A stretch of 64,000 nt of DNA from the IMG/VR virus record IMGVR_UViG_3300030294_000005, positions 172,185 to 236,184 of that record. One strand, written 5' to 3'. Both the position numbers and the translations under genes were made by a program. Each line of letters begins with the position of its first letter. The stretch's first letter is position 1. A model generated the notes under the pieces. That model saw only the letters and a list, made by a program, of their open reading frames with translations. It had not been told where the DNA came from and made no database searches. Below, one piece after another: positions 39,232 to 49,430 of this stretch.

Positions 39232-39924
39232 TTATTTAGTTTTATATCTTTTTATTTGAAAATTACTATACAGTTTATCTATTGGTTTAAATGTTTCAGT
39301 TCCTATAGTAACTGATGTAATCAAATCTGTAACATTTGTAAATCCATACAATTCTATATCAGCTTTATTAGGTACAGTTCCACCAGATAGTACCAATGGG
39401 ATATATACTTTATTAGTCGCATCATAATAAGTTGATTTAATAGAATAGTAGCTATTAGATTGTTTTATTAAAAAGTATCCATTATTATATGGTTTTAAAG
39501 TTCCATTACTATATATATCAATACAATCAAAAAATAAAAATCCAGCACTTGTACCAGCATGTTTAATACTTACATTATGTTGACCAGATGTTAATACTGG
39601 ACTTTCATAATAACAAACATGTCCGCCTATATAGGCATTAGGTGCTGATGCATTATATAATATACTGTCAATAGTTATATTTAAATTCTGATTTCTACCA
39701 TCTATATAACATTGATTTAGAAGTCTGAATTGGCTTCCTATAAAATTAAATTTTACATATGAATCTAAAGTGGATGTAACTGTACTTATATAATTTCCAT
39801 TTAAAAAATTTGTAGTATCTCCATTTGATCCAGCTACCATATTAATATATGAGATATTAGCATCAGTATTATCATATCTTAACCAACTAGTTGGTACACT
39901 TGCATAATTAGTTCCTACTGGCAT
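39232..39924 (-). CDS. Putative carbohydrate-binding/adhesin protein with C-terminal module shared with the RCC1 protein
   Basis: W.RYDNTD.NISY...FNFIGSQFRL...D.IDI jelly-roll-like N-terminus; C-terminal ~80 aa paralogous to 39942..41288. Confidence 0.65.
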   Translation of the reverse strand: MPVGTNYASVPTSWLRYDNTDANISYINMVAGSNGDTTNFLNGNYISTVTSTLDSYVKFNFIGSQFRLLNQCYIDGRNQNLNITIDSILYNASAPNAYIGGHVCYYESPVLTSGQHNVSIKHAGTSAGFLFFDCIDIYSNGTLKPYNNGYFLIKQSNSYYSIKSTYYDATNKVYIPLVLSGGTVPNKADIELYGFTNVTDLITSVTIGTETFKPIDKLYSNFQIKRYKTK

Positions 39925-39941
39925 TTATATCACCCACCATA

Positions 39942-41288
39942 TTATTTAGATTTATACATTTTTATTTGAAAATTATTATTAATTTTATCTATTGGTTTAA
40001 ATGTTTCAGTTCCTATAGTTGTTGATGTAATTAAATCACTAATACTATTAAATCCATATAACTCTATATCAGCTTTATTAGGAAGTGATCCTCCTGATAA
40101 TGTTAATGGAAAGTAATTATTATTACTATAATATGCTGATTTAATACTATAGTAATTATTATATTGATATATTAAATATTTTATAATAATATTATTTAAT
40201 ATATCCCATGCAGAGGTTACATTGCTTAAACTAGGTATTATAAATAAAGTTAATTGATTTCCTCCAACAGTTACACTATTACCACATTGCCCATAACTAT
40301 TATCTCCTACTGTTTTTACTGTACCATCATTTAATAAGAATACTGTATATCCACTTCCACATGTTATCTGTTTTACATTACTAAGACTTGGTATTACATA
40401 TAAAGTTAATTGATTAGTAGGAGTTATAGATCCAGTACCACATTGTCCAGTACCATTATTTCCTACTGTTCTTACTGTACCATCATTTAATAAAAACACT
40501 GAATGATTAGTACCACATGCTATTGATTTTACATTAGTTAGACTTGGTATTGTAAATAAAGTTAATTGTGAAGAGGTAATAGTTCCAGTACCACATTGTC
40601 CACTACTATTCAGTCCTATTGTTTTTACAGTACCGTCATTTAATAAAAATACTGTATGACTATCTCCACATATTACTTGTTTTACATTACTTAATCCAGG
40701 TATAGTATATAAAGTTAATTGTGGAGAGGTAGTATTACCAGTTCCACATTGTCCATAATCATTCCTTCCTACTGCTTTTACAGTACCATCATTTAATAAA
40801 AATACTGTATGACTATTACCACATGCTACTTGCTTAATATTAGTTAAACTAGGTATAGTATATAGAGTTAATTGTGGTGTGGTTTTAGTACCAGTACCAC
40901 ATTGCCCATTATCATTAGATCCTATTGTTTTTACAGTACCATCATTTAATAAAAATACTGTATGCATATATCCACATATTACTTGTTTTACATTACTTAA
41001 TCCAGGTATAGTATATAGGGTTAATTGTGGAGAGGTAATATTACCAGTTCCACATTGACCATTACGATTATCACCTACTGCTTTTACTGTACCATCATTT
41101 AATAAAAATACTGTATGTACAGCACCACATGATATTTGTTTTACGTTAGTTAAATTTAGTATATTATATAAAGTTAATTGATTACTAGGAGTTATAGATC
41201 CAGTACCACATTGCCCATAACTATTAAACCCTATAGTTCTTACTGTATTATCATTTAATAAAAATGCTGAATGAATATTTAAACCCAT
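39942..41288 (-). CDS. RCC1/BLIP-II repeat beta-propeller protein
   Basis: Seven ~52-aa repeats HTVFLLNDGTVK.VG.N..GQCGTG...QLTLY.IP.L.NVKQ..CG. Confidence 0.9.
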   Translation of the reverse strand: MGLNIHSAFLLNDNTVRTIGFNSYGQCGTGSITPSNQLTLYNILNLTNVKQISCGAVHTVFLLNDGTVKAVGDNRNGQCGTGNITSPQLTLYTIPGLSNVKQVICGYMHTVFLLNDGTVKTIGSNDNGQCGTGTKTTPQLTLYTIPSLTNIKQVACGNSHTVFLLNDGTVKAVGRNDYGQCGTGNTTSPQLTLYTIPGLSNVKQVICGDSHTVFLLNDGTVKTIGLNSSGQCGTGTITSSQLTLFTIPSLTNVKSIACGTNHSVFLLNDGTVRTVGNNGTGQCGTGSITPTNQLTLYVIPSLSNVKQITCGSGYTVFLLNDGTVKTVGDNSYGQCGNSVTVGGNQLTLFIIPSLSNVTSAWDILNNIIIKYLIYQYNNYYSIKSAYYSNNNYFPLTLSGGSLPNKADIELYGFNSISDLITSTTIGTETFKPIDKINNNFQIKMYKSK

Positions 41289-41304
41289 AATTAATCATCT
41301 CCAA

Positions 41305-43437
41305 TTATTTATAAAAATCATCAAATATACTATTTGGTATTTTATATTGTACTGTTGCTGACACATTTGGATCATTAAATTTTTTCTTATATGTTTCCCT
41401 TCCTAATCTAGTAGATAATAAAGCTTCCATAGCTTTTTCATCATCTTCATATTCACGTTTCATCCAATCTTCATACATCATAGATTTATCTGATTTTAGA
41501 AATTCTAACTGTTCTTTTACTTCAGCTGGAGATTCATCATCCATTACTGATATATCTTCCATTATATTACTATATTGATCTTCTAATGATTCATAACTTT
41601 CATCTATATCTTCATCTGTTTTTATTGAGGCTTTTTGAAGTCCCCAACGTTCCATAACTTCTTTACCTTCATACCAAATATATAGTGCCATTAAATATGC
41701 AAATATTTGATCATCATGTCCAGTAGACACATGCTCTATTCTACCATTTCTTTTTACTTCTAAAGTTTCTAATTCTTGAAATATTATTGGAGATATAAAT
41801 TTATCTTTATGATATTCCATTCTTTCTCTTAGAATCTGCATAAGTAAATCTCTTACGCCCTTAGTAGAATCTAGTCCGTATATTTTTGTCTTTTGAGTTT
41901 TTCTTATAGTGTTGGCTCCTACTGTTCTTTCTTCTATAACTTTATCTTTTATTTCAAAAAATAAATTTTTCTTAATTGATGTAGTTATTAGTTTAGATAA
42001 AACAGATGAACCAAACCCACCATTACGTTCTATATTTACTATAGCATTTTGTAGATGGTTGGTTACTAATTGATATATAACTTTAGCTAAATCAACCGTA
42101 CTTATAAAATTACAATTAAGATCTGCAACAACTGCAGTAGTTCTAGAATCTAATACTGATATAGCTGATGAATCTCGGTTAAACCCTCCAGATACATCGA
42201 CACCTATTAATGGTGGATATCTTTTTATATCTCTTATCTCTTCATAAATATTAAATACATATTTATTTAAGAACATAATTTGACTTATAGGTTCTTTAAT
42301 TAATGCTTTTACAACATCTAAATCTTCTTTTCTGAATGGAGAATTGTTAGCAGTTTTAGCCCATTCAAGAAGTACCTCTCTTCTAATCTCTGGCCATTTT
42401 CTCTGCATATCTATAACCATTGATTTAAACCAATCTTCACCTAATCCTAATTGTTGATATGAATATTTTATATATACAAATGAAGAATTTGTATTTGCCG
42501 CAATTAATTCTTGTAATTTATCATATTCTAAGTCATACCATAATTCAGAAAATTGAGAAGCATCTTCCTTCATTTGATATGCAAATGTACCTTCATCTGT
42601 TGTTAAATCACCTGGAGTTGTAGTAATAAGAATACCATATGGTGCTCCATTTCGTTTAGCATTCATAGATGCTGTCTTAAATGCAGGAACAGCTGCTAGA
42701 TATAATGTTTCATTGAATGGTACAAATGCCCACTCTTCTAAATGTACTCTTGCTATAGACATACCTCTACCTAGTCCATTAGCAGATACTTTATTTCTTG
42801 CTGCTGGTAACGTTTTAATTCTGTTACCATTTAATGAATGTTGTAAAGACTCTACAGTATTAGTAGCTCTTACTTTTTTACCATCTCTACCATAAGTTTC
42901 TGCCATTTGTAAATAAGTAGGTAGAGCATCTCTATAATCTTTCAATCTTTGTAGATTTAGTTTTGAGTCATCATGTTTCTTATTAATCATTATACTTTCG
43001 CTATTTACACTACCGAAATTATATTCCCATAATAAACGTGCAATAACAGCAACAGTTTTACCCTGCTGCCTTGGTATCTCATAGAATATATTCATATTCA
43101 TAGCTACACAGAAATTAAATGCTAAGTTACCACGATGCATTTTATATTGAACGCCTGATCCTTTTATTCCACCTTGATCTGGTATTCTTATAACTTCTCT
43201 TAGAAAGTACCAATAATTATTTATAACTTCTCTCATTATCTTTGATTTCATAAATTCATTTAATCTAGGATCTCTAGGATCTACTCCTGCTAAATCTGGA
43301 TCTATTAATACTAAAAAGAATCTATTATTCTTTACTTTTTTAGCTTTAAGAAAATTATGCATATCTAGAAATGAGCTATTTGAAGTACTCATTTGATAGT
43401 ATATCTTTTTTGGATAGACCATACTATTATCTATCAT
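41305..43437 (-). CDS. Terminase large subunit
   Basis: Walker A PRQQGKT, Walker B HLEEWAF, ITTTP motif III, nuclease IGVDVSGG and HDDQIFA; AACA-N6-TA at 43458-43469 (-). Confidence 0.9.
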   Translation of the reverse strand: MIDNSMVYPKKIYYQMSTSNSSFLDMHNFLKAKKVKNNRFFLVLIDPDLAGVDPRDPRLNEFMKSKIMREVINNYWYFLREVIRIPDQGGIKGSGVQYKMHRGNLAFNFCVAMNMNIFYEIPRQQGKTVAVIARLLWEYNFGSVNSESIMINKKHDDSKLNLQRLKDYRDALPTYLQMAETYGRDGKKVRATNTVESLQHSLNGNRIKTLPAARNKVSANGLGRGMSIARVHLEEWAFVPFNETLYLAAVPAFKTASMNAKRNGAPYGILITTTPGDLTTDEGTFAYQMKEDASQFSELWYDLEYDKLQELIAANTNSSFVYIKYSYQQLGLGEDWFKSMVIDMQRKWPEIRREVLLEWAKTANNSPFRKEDLDVVKALIKEPISQIMFLNKYVFNIYEEIRDIKRYPPLIGVDVSGGFNRDSSAISVLDSRTTAVVADLNCNFISTVDLAKVIYQLVTNHLQNAIVNIERNGGFGSSVLSKLITTSIKKNLFFEIKDKVIEERTVGANTIRKTQKTKIYGLDSTKGVRDLLMQILRERMEYHKDKFISPIIFQELETLEVKRNGRIEHVSTGHDDQIFAYLMALYIWYEGKEVMERWGLQKASIKTDEDIDESYESLEDQYSNIMEDISVMDDESPAEVKEQLEFLKSDKSMMYEDWMKREYEDDEKAMEALLSTRLGRETYKKKFNDPNVSATVQYKIPNSIFDDFYK

Positions 43438-43528
43438 ATTAAACTCACCTCCTATATTATTTATATGTTTAAGCTAATAAAAGAGATGAATACAATTAAA
43501 TAATATATATTTATAATTTTAACAAAAT

Positions 43529-43560
43529 ATAGACTATATAGCAATTGCTATATAGTCTAT
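43529..43560. repeat. 32-bp perfect palindrome (probable minus-strand terminator)
   Basis: atagactatatagcaattgctatatagtctat. Confidence 0.85.
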
Positions 43561-43705
43561 GATAATAATATAATATCGTAAAAATCTACCCCCTGAGTTT
43601 TTTAATAACATTCAAATTTCTAATTTATTAAATATATAATTTATAATAAATAATTTAAATTAATTTTATGTTATGTGGACAATCTATTTTAAATATAAAA
43701 AATAA

Positions 43706-43728
43706 AGACACCTAGAAAACTAGGTGTC
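43706..43728 (-). terminator. Intrinsic terminator of the 43738 operon
   Basis: gacacctag-aaaa-ctaggtgtc with a T tract on the minus strand. Confidence 0.75.
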
Positions 43729-43737
43729 AAAATTCTA

Positions 43738-45351
43738 TTATAATATAAATACATATCCAGTAGTAGTTGCCTTAGGAGCAATATCTATTTCTCCTGAGAA
43801 TGCTATAATAGCAGAATCGCTATTGTTAAGATTAATTTCACCATCAATTGTTTTATATGTCAGTACTGCTGGTTCTATTTCTCCAATACCAATAGTCATA
43901 CTATTTGATATAGTTTTTATATCAGTTTCACTACTAAATTCAGACTTACTATTTTGAGTTATGATATTAGTATTGCCATTGAATGTTAATGATTTATTAT
44001 ATTGTACTAATATTTCACCACTAAATTCAGACTTACTATTTTGAGTTATGATATTAATATTGCCATTGAATGTTAATGATTTATTATATTGTACTAATAT
44101 TTCACCAGCATATGGAACCTCTCTACTTTCAGGAGGAATATTAATTTCTCCATTATAATTTAATGAACTATTATATTCTACTAGTATTTCTCCACTAAAT
44201 TCAGATTGATTATTTTGGTTGATTATATTAATTTTTCCATTATAATCTAATGAATCATTAAGTTGTACTAATATTTCTCCACTAAATTCAGATTTACTAT
44301 TTTGGGTTATAATATTAATTTCATCATGATGCCCTAATGAACTAGTTCTCTGTACTATTATATCTGCATTATATTCTATTTGTCTATTTTCATTAATTAC
44401 ATTTATCTCACCAGCATATTTTGTATTACTACGTACACTTGGTAAAATATCATTAAGTACTGAACTTATTAAACCATCATGAACAGGAACGTATATTTCT
44501 CCATTATAATTAATATTCTGACTACATTGTATATTTATTTCTCCACCGTATGAAATTTGTCTATTTTGATTAATTATATTAATCTCACCAGGAGAGTACA
44601 AGTTTCTAGTGCCACTTTCTACAAATATTTCTCCATTAAATTCTTTATTTCTTATACAGATAGGATATATTTCACCATATACTTCATTAATTCCTACATT
44701 CTGATTATCTATATAATAATTTACTTCAATATATGGAGCATCAATTCCTTCTTTACTAGTAAAAATTACAGGTTCAGAATTAACAGAAGATATTGTATAA
44801 GCTCTATCAACTAATTTAGAATTGGTATACCAGTCTATAACACCACTACTTACATCTTTAGTTGAATATCCAGAGACGTTATCTAATTGCTGCGTAAATA
44901 ACTTTTCACCAATACTAGGTGCATTTAGATATGTCAATCCTATTTCAAAATAATCATCAGTTGTTCTATATAAATCAATACTATTTTGATTGGTATAATT
45001 CTGTTTAAATATATTAAAGTTAGCTGATTCTATAACAGAATTTGCTGGAAGATCTTTTAATGAGAATGACATATATGCTGCATACCTATTACTATTTACT
45101 ATTAAAGGTTGTGCCTTACCAAAATTTAATACTGGATTATTAGAATCCGTATATGAATCTTTAGTTGGATATATTTTTTTTGTATATATAGTTGGAAGAG
45201 CTATACTAATTCTTGCCGTACCTACATTAGATGGTCTAATATATACATCTCCAGAGTAACTTTCATTTGAATAAATACTTGGTAATATTTCTCCATTCAT
45301 TGCTTCAATCATAGCTCTAATGTCTATTCTTATTAATGCTGAATTACTCAA
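43738..45351 (-). CDS. Structural protein with DNRLRE-like domain and GEI repeats
   Basis: PTKDSY...NFG...YMSFSL..LP...SANF DNRLRE-like domain, then many 14-15-aa GE-I repeats. Confidence 0.7.
   Translation of the reverse strand: MSNSALIRIDIRAMIEAMNGEILPSIYSNESYSGDVYIRPSNVGTARISIALPTIYTKKIYPTKDSYTDSNNPVLNFGKAQPLIVNSNRYAAYMSFSLKDLPANSVIESANFNIFKQNYTNQNSIDLYRTTDDYFEIGLTYLNAPSIGEKLFTQQLDNVSGYSTKDVSSGVIDWYTNSKLVDRAYTISSVNSEPVIFTSKEGIDAPYIEVNYYIDNQNVGINEVYGEIYPICIRNKEFNGEIFVESGTRNLYSPGEINIINQNRQISYGGEINIQCSQNINYNGEIYVPVHDGLISSVLNDILPSVRSNTKYAGEINVINENRQIEYNADIIVQRTSSLGHHDEINIITQNSKSEFSGEILVQLNDSLDYNGKINIINQNNQSEFSGEILVEYNSSLNYNGEINIPPESREVPYAGEILVQYNKSLTFNGNINIITQNSKSEFSGEILVQYNKSLTFNGNTNIITQNSKSEFSSETDIKTISNSMTIGIGEIEPAVLTYKTIDGEINLNNSDSAIIAFSGEIDIAPKATTTGYVFIL
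43932..44310 (-). repeat. ~87-bp tandem coding repeats
   Basis: ctaaattcagacttactattttgagttatgatatta...tgtactaatatttcacc repeated nearly exactly, with degenerate copies beyond. Confidence 0.75.
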
Positions 45352-45391
45352 TTTATTTCACCTCTCCATTGTATTGGAATTTTTATTAGCA

Positions 45392-47215
45392 TTATTCCAC
45401 TGTTATTTTTAATAGGGTTTCACCTGTTTTTTGAACATGCCTATCCAGATCTATTCTTATATAGAAATTGTATTGATCTTTATTATTTAACGTATATGGA
45501 ATTACTATTTGTTTAGCTTTATTAAATGGTGTTAATGATGGACTTATGTTCATATCAATACCATCATAAACAGTATCTTCTGAAACTTTTAATGTTACAT
45601 TACCAATTGCATCACCAGTATGATTCTCTAATACAACAAGTTTTGGAGTTGTTATACTACCAGCTATATATTTACCTAATTCAATATATTTTAGCAAATT
45701 CCCTGTATCTGTAGTATAATAATTACCATTTTCATCTTTAAATAATAATCCTTTATAAGTACCAAGTACAGTAGAAGTTATAACTAATTTGCCTTGATAT
45801 TGATCCACAACTTCCAGTTTTATCTCATTGTTGAGGCCATATTTTAAATCAGAACTGTTCCAAGAGAAATATATTACTCTAGGGCAGGCTTGATAATCTG
45901 TATATCCAGTTGCTGGATATTTTTGAATACCATTTATAAATATTCTGTATGCTAATGCATCATTATTAGAATCATTTATTACTGCTTGTAATGAAAAATC
46001 TCCACATACATAACTTGTTTGAATAGGAGCAGAGTTTACAAATTGTAAATTTACAACATTACTATCTCTTAAAGCTCCTCTTTGATCTCGTGTTTGAATC
46101 TTTATAGCATTATTCCCTAATTTAAAATTACTATTAGTATAAGAATGAGATATATTTGTTTTATTACTTACAGTAATCCAACCTGTAGCAGGAGTATTCT
46201 GTATATAATCTGTATCACTATCAGCTTTAATCATAACCTTATAATCTATTGTATCTCCCTCATTATCATGCAAATATGCAGTTAATGTTGTTCCTTCACT
46301 ATGAATTTGTGATAACGATAATGCTAAAGTATCAATGATTGCTGCTTCATTCGCTGCAAAGACACCTGTTATTTTTGATATTAATATACCATCAATAGTA
46401 TTATTACTATCTAGATATACTTTAATAAATAATCTTTCTTCAAAAGCACTTGTATGAAATTTTACATATTCATTAACAGTCAAAGCCTCTACTTGAGCTT
46501 CAGTCATCTTAAAATCAGATGACCAACTTGTACCATTATATCCTACAAACGTTATTCCATCTTTTGAAATTTGAACTGTTTTAGTAGAATGAACATTTGC
46601 ATTTATAGTTAAAGTATTAGCTACATCATCAATTGTAAATGAGTTTATTAAATCATACTTAGTTTTATCCACAGCAAATGAATATTCTAAATAATCAGTT
46701 AAATCAACAGGAGTAAGAGTTGCTACAACTATACTTTTTGCAACAGTACCATCAGTACTACCATCAATTGTAATAGTTGATAATTTAGCTTTTCCTAAAG
46801 TAGGTAATTCAGTTAATACTTCTGCTGTACTTGATCCTGGAGCTAAATTAATTCCTACTCCAGTTGTTATTACAGCATTGTTTACTATAGTAGATGTATC
46901 GTATTCCATTCTTCTAATTATAGTAAATAGATCTCTATCCTCATAATACATAGGATATGTCCAATTTACTACACCAGCTGCAGAATCAGTTAATACTATT
47001 TTTATAGTTCCACCAGCTGATAAAACTATATCTTGACTTACTGAATATGGTGTAGCAGTTAAACTATTTTCATTTAATAATACACTATCTAAATATATTT
47101 GGTATTTTGTAGTTAAACTTGTAGAACTATTGACATTAAACATAAATCTTATTGTTGATCCACCAACTCCAACATACGTTTTAGATAAGAATATATTTGA
47201 TAAACTTGCTGCCAT
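45392..47215 (-). CDS. Putative virion structural protein (Ig-like, beta-rich)
   Basis: Beta-rich; D.EGD...Y and TRDQRG Ig-like motifs; lies in the tail cluster. Confidence 0.6.
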   Translation of the reverse strand: MAASLSNIFLSKTYVGVGGSTIRFMFNVNSSTSLTTKYQIYLDSVLLNENSLTATPYSVSQDIVLSAGGTIKIVLTDSAAGVVNWTYPMYYEDRDLFTIIRRMEYDTSTIVNNAVITTGVGINLAPGSSTAEVLTELPTLGKAKLSTITIDGSTDGTVAKSIVVATLTPVDLTDYLEYSFAVDKTKYDLINSFTIDDVANTLTINANVHSTKTVQISKDGITFVGYNGTSWSSDFKMTEAQVEALTVNEYVKFHTSAFEERLFIKVYLDSNNTIDGILISKITGVFAANEAAIIDTLALSLSQIHSEGTTLTAYLHDNEGDTIDYKVMIKADSDTDYIQNTPATGWITVSNKTNISHSYTNSNFKLGNNAIKIQTRDQRGALRDSNVVNLQFVNSAPIQTSYVCGDFSLQAVINDSNNDALAYRIFINGIQKYPATGYTDYQACPRVIYFSWNSSDLKYGLNNEIKLEVVDQYQGKLVITSTVLGTYKGLLFKDENGNYYTTDTGNLLKYIELGKYIAGSITTPKLVVLENHTGDAIGNVTLKVSEDTVYDGIDMNISPSLTPFNKAKQIVIPYTLNNKDQYNFYIRIDLDRHVQKTGETLLKITVE

Positions 47216-47242
47216 ATTATATCACTCCTTTGTTTACATATT

Positions 47243-47815
47243 TTATACAACTATCCAATTTATAGTAGAAGTTTGTTTATTAGTAAGACTTAGAAATTGT
47301 TTGGTATAAAGTTCATCATTTCTAATAATAAATAAATTACCAGAAGTATCGTTGTCTGAACTTATGCTAATATCTATATTTATTTTTCCATCTAATGGAA
47401 TATGGATTATAATTTTTAAATTAAAGTTATTTAATTTAATTTTATATCCAAAATTATAACTTTTAATAGATGATTGCCCTTGCTCTCTTCCTATTAAAAC
47501 AGTCTCAGCTGATTTATAACTAATGCAATCGTTATAGATATTTCCTGTATCTGTTAATTTAATTTCATTATTATTTTCATCTTTAAACATAAATGATAAC
47601 TTTCTACCACATATATCAAATATACCAGTAGCTACATCATATGTCATTATCATATCCATGCCTATCATACCAAAGCATTTTAATATATCTTTTTTAATAT
47701 CATTAAATTCATTAAATTTATTATCATACTCATAAAAATACTCATCATTATTATATTGTGCAACCCATACGAATAATCTTGAGTCTATTGGTGATTTAGT
47801 TAAAATGTTATCCAT
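47243..47815 (-). CDS. hypothetical protein
   Basis: GGAGAGG RBS. Confidence 0.65.
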   Translation of the reverse strand: MDNILTKSPIDSRLFVWVAQYNNDEYFYEYDNKFNEFNDIKKDILKCFGMIGMDMIMTYDVATGIFDICGRKLSFMFKDENNNEIKLTDTGNIYNDCISYKSAETVLIGREQGQSSIKSYNFGYKIKLNNFNLKIIIHIPLDGKINIDISISSDNDTSGNLFIIRNDELYTKQFLSLTNKQTSTINWIVV

Positions 47816-47895
47816 GTTATCCCTCTCCTAATATCTTAGTATAAAACAAAAACATCTCATATAAATGAGATGCTTTGTTTTTTTAATTATAAATT

Positions 47896-48918
47896 TTAGG
47901 TAAAATTATAAGTTATAACTAATTTCCACTGTCTTAAACCTTGAGCAACGCCAGTTGCTGGTGGTCTCATGTAAAAATTCAACTTATCAAAGTTACTATC
48001 ATCAGTTAATAAAGCAGTATTAACTCCACCAAGGATTTCTCCAATAGCAGCTGCACTGTTTATAGCTTTTAATGGTAAATTATATTCAGTTGTAAGATGA
48101 GTAGTTGCATTAGTATCAACACCTAAGTTTGTAAAAGTAGCATCTGATTCATTCTTTATGAATGCCCATTTGTCAGTTACAACATCAGAGGTAATACCAC
48201 CAGTTTCATCTCTTAGATAAATCTTTGCATCTGTAATTTTACTTACAATATCAGTTGCTGGATTACCTACTAGCATTTCAGTCATAATAGCACTGACACC
48301 TGTAGTATTTGGAGTAAACTTAAATATACCTTTTACTAGAAGATCTTTTGATTTAAAAGATAATATAGTATTTCTTACAGTTACACCATCAAATTTTACA
48401 GCTGGTATTACTGTAGCTACCCAACCTGCTGAGAACCCACTATCTAAAGTTAAGGTATCTTTAATAGCAGCAGCTACAAGATCAGTATCAGTATTAACTG
48501 CAAGTGTTACAACATAGTTAACCCCATCTAACTCTATAGAAGTGTCTCCTGCAATAGCACATCCTGATGCAATTTCAAGATCAATAACAGCATTAGTTTT
48601 TCTGTTATTCCATACCATAAATTTAAGTATATCACTTGATTCACCAGATTTTACATTATATCTTACAATCATTTGGACAACAGTACCAGTACCTAGTCCT
48701 GCACCACTTGCTGTAAAAATCGTTCCTGCTGTACTATTCGCTGCACCTACTAAAGTAAAATCAGTAGTTCCAGGTGTAACTATTTTATACTTAGTACCAG
48801 CCACTAAACCTGTAGCTACGATTGAAAGTCCAAATTCAACTGTTTCAGTTGCTCTCCATTTTCTCAATGGTTCTACATTATTTGCATCCATTAATATAAT
48901 TTTTGGTTCTGCACTCAT
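47896..48918 (-). CDS. Putative structural/tail appendage protein
   Basis: Thr/Ala/Gly-rich; own AACA-N6-TA at 48947-48958 (-) and terminator at about 47851-47872. Confidence 0.65.
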   Translation of the reverse strand: MSAEPKIILMDANNVEPLRKWRATETVEFGLSIVATGLVAGTKYKIVTPGTTDFTLVGAANSTAGTIFTASGAGLGTGTVVQMIVRYNVKSGESSDILKFMVWNNRKTNAVIDLEIASGCAIAGDTSIELDGVNYVVTLAVNTDTDLVAAAIKDTLTLDSGFSAGWVATVIPAVKFDGVTVRNTILSFKSKDLLVKGIFKFTPNTTGVSAIMTEMLVGNPATDIVSKITDAKIYLRDETGGITSDVVTDKWAFIKNESDATFTNLGVDTNATTHLTTEYNLPLKAINSAAAIGEILGGVNTALLTDDSNFDKLNFYMRPPATGVAQGLRQWKLVITYNFT

Positions 48919-48937
48919 ATTATTATTCCTCCTTTTA

Positions 48938-49411
48938 TTATATCATTATTTCAATGTTAAGAGTTAAAGAAGATATATTCACATTATTATTTAGAATATT
49001 TATTCTAAATATATCTTTTATATCTACAATATCATTTGATAACGTATAGGTTTGTTTACTTGGATCATTATTTAAAGTTAATTTTTCAGATAATATGCTA
49101 GTCCAAGTATTTAACAGTCTATCTGATTCACTCGCCTTCTCTACATCAATAATTATATCATCAGTTGTAGCAGCTTTATATATAGCATATATAGATTTTA
49201 TTTTTCCACCATATATAAATTGGCATTCATAATCTTGTACCCCTTGTCCTACATCTTTAAGAACAAAGTATATAACTTTAGATGCTACAGTATCTATTTT
49301 ATCTTTTATGCTTATAATTTCTGTGCCATCATATGATACATTTTTAGCATCCATTAATTTAAATTTACCATTATTCTTTTGAATTATTTTTGAAATTACT
49401 GGTATAGCCAA
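48938..49411 (-). CDS. tail fibre-associated protein (paralog of 50945..51163 N-terminus)
   Basis: MAIPVISKI.QKNN..FKLMDAKNVSYDGTE shared. Confidence 0.65.
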   Translation of the reverse strand: MAIPVISKIIQKNNGKFKLMDAKNVSYDGTEIISIKDKIDTVASKVIYFVLKDVGQGVQDYECQFIYGGKIKSIYAIYKAATTDDIIIDVEKASESDRLLNTWTSILSEKLTLNNDPSKQTYTLSNDIVDIKDIFRINILNNNVNISSLTLNIEIMI

Positions 49412-49430
49412 TTAAATACACCTCCTATTA

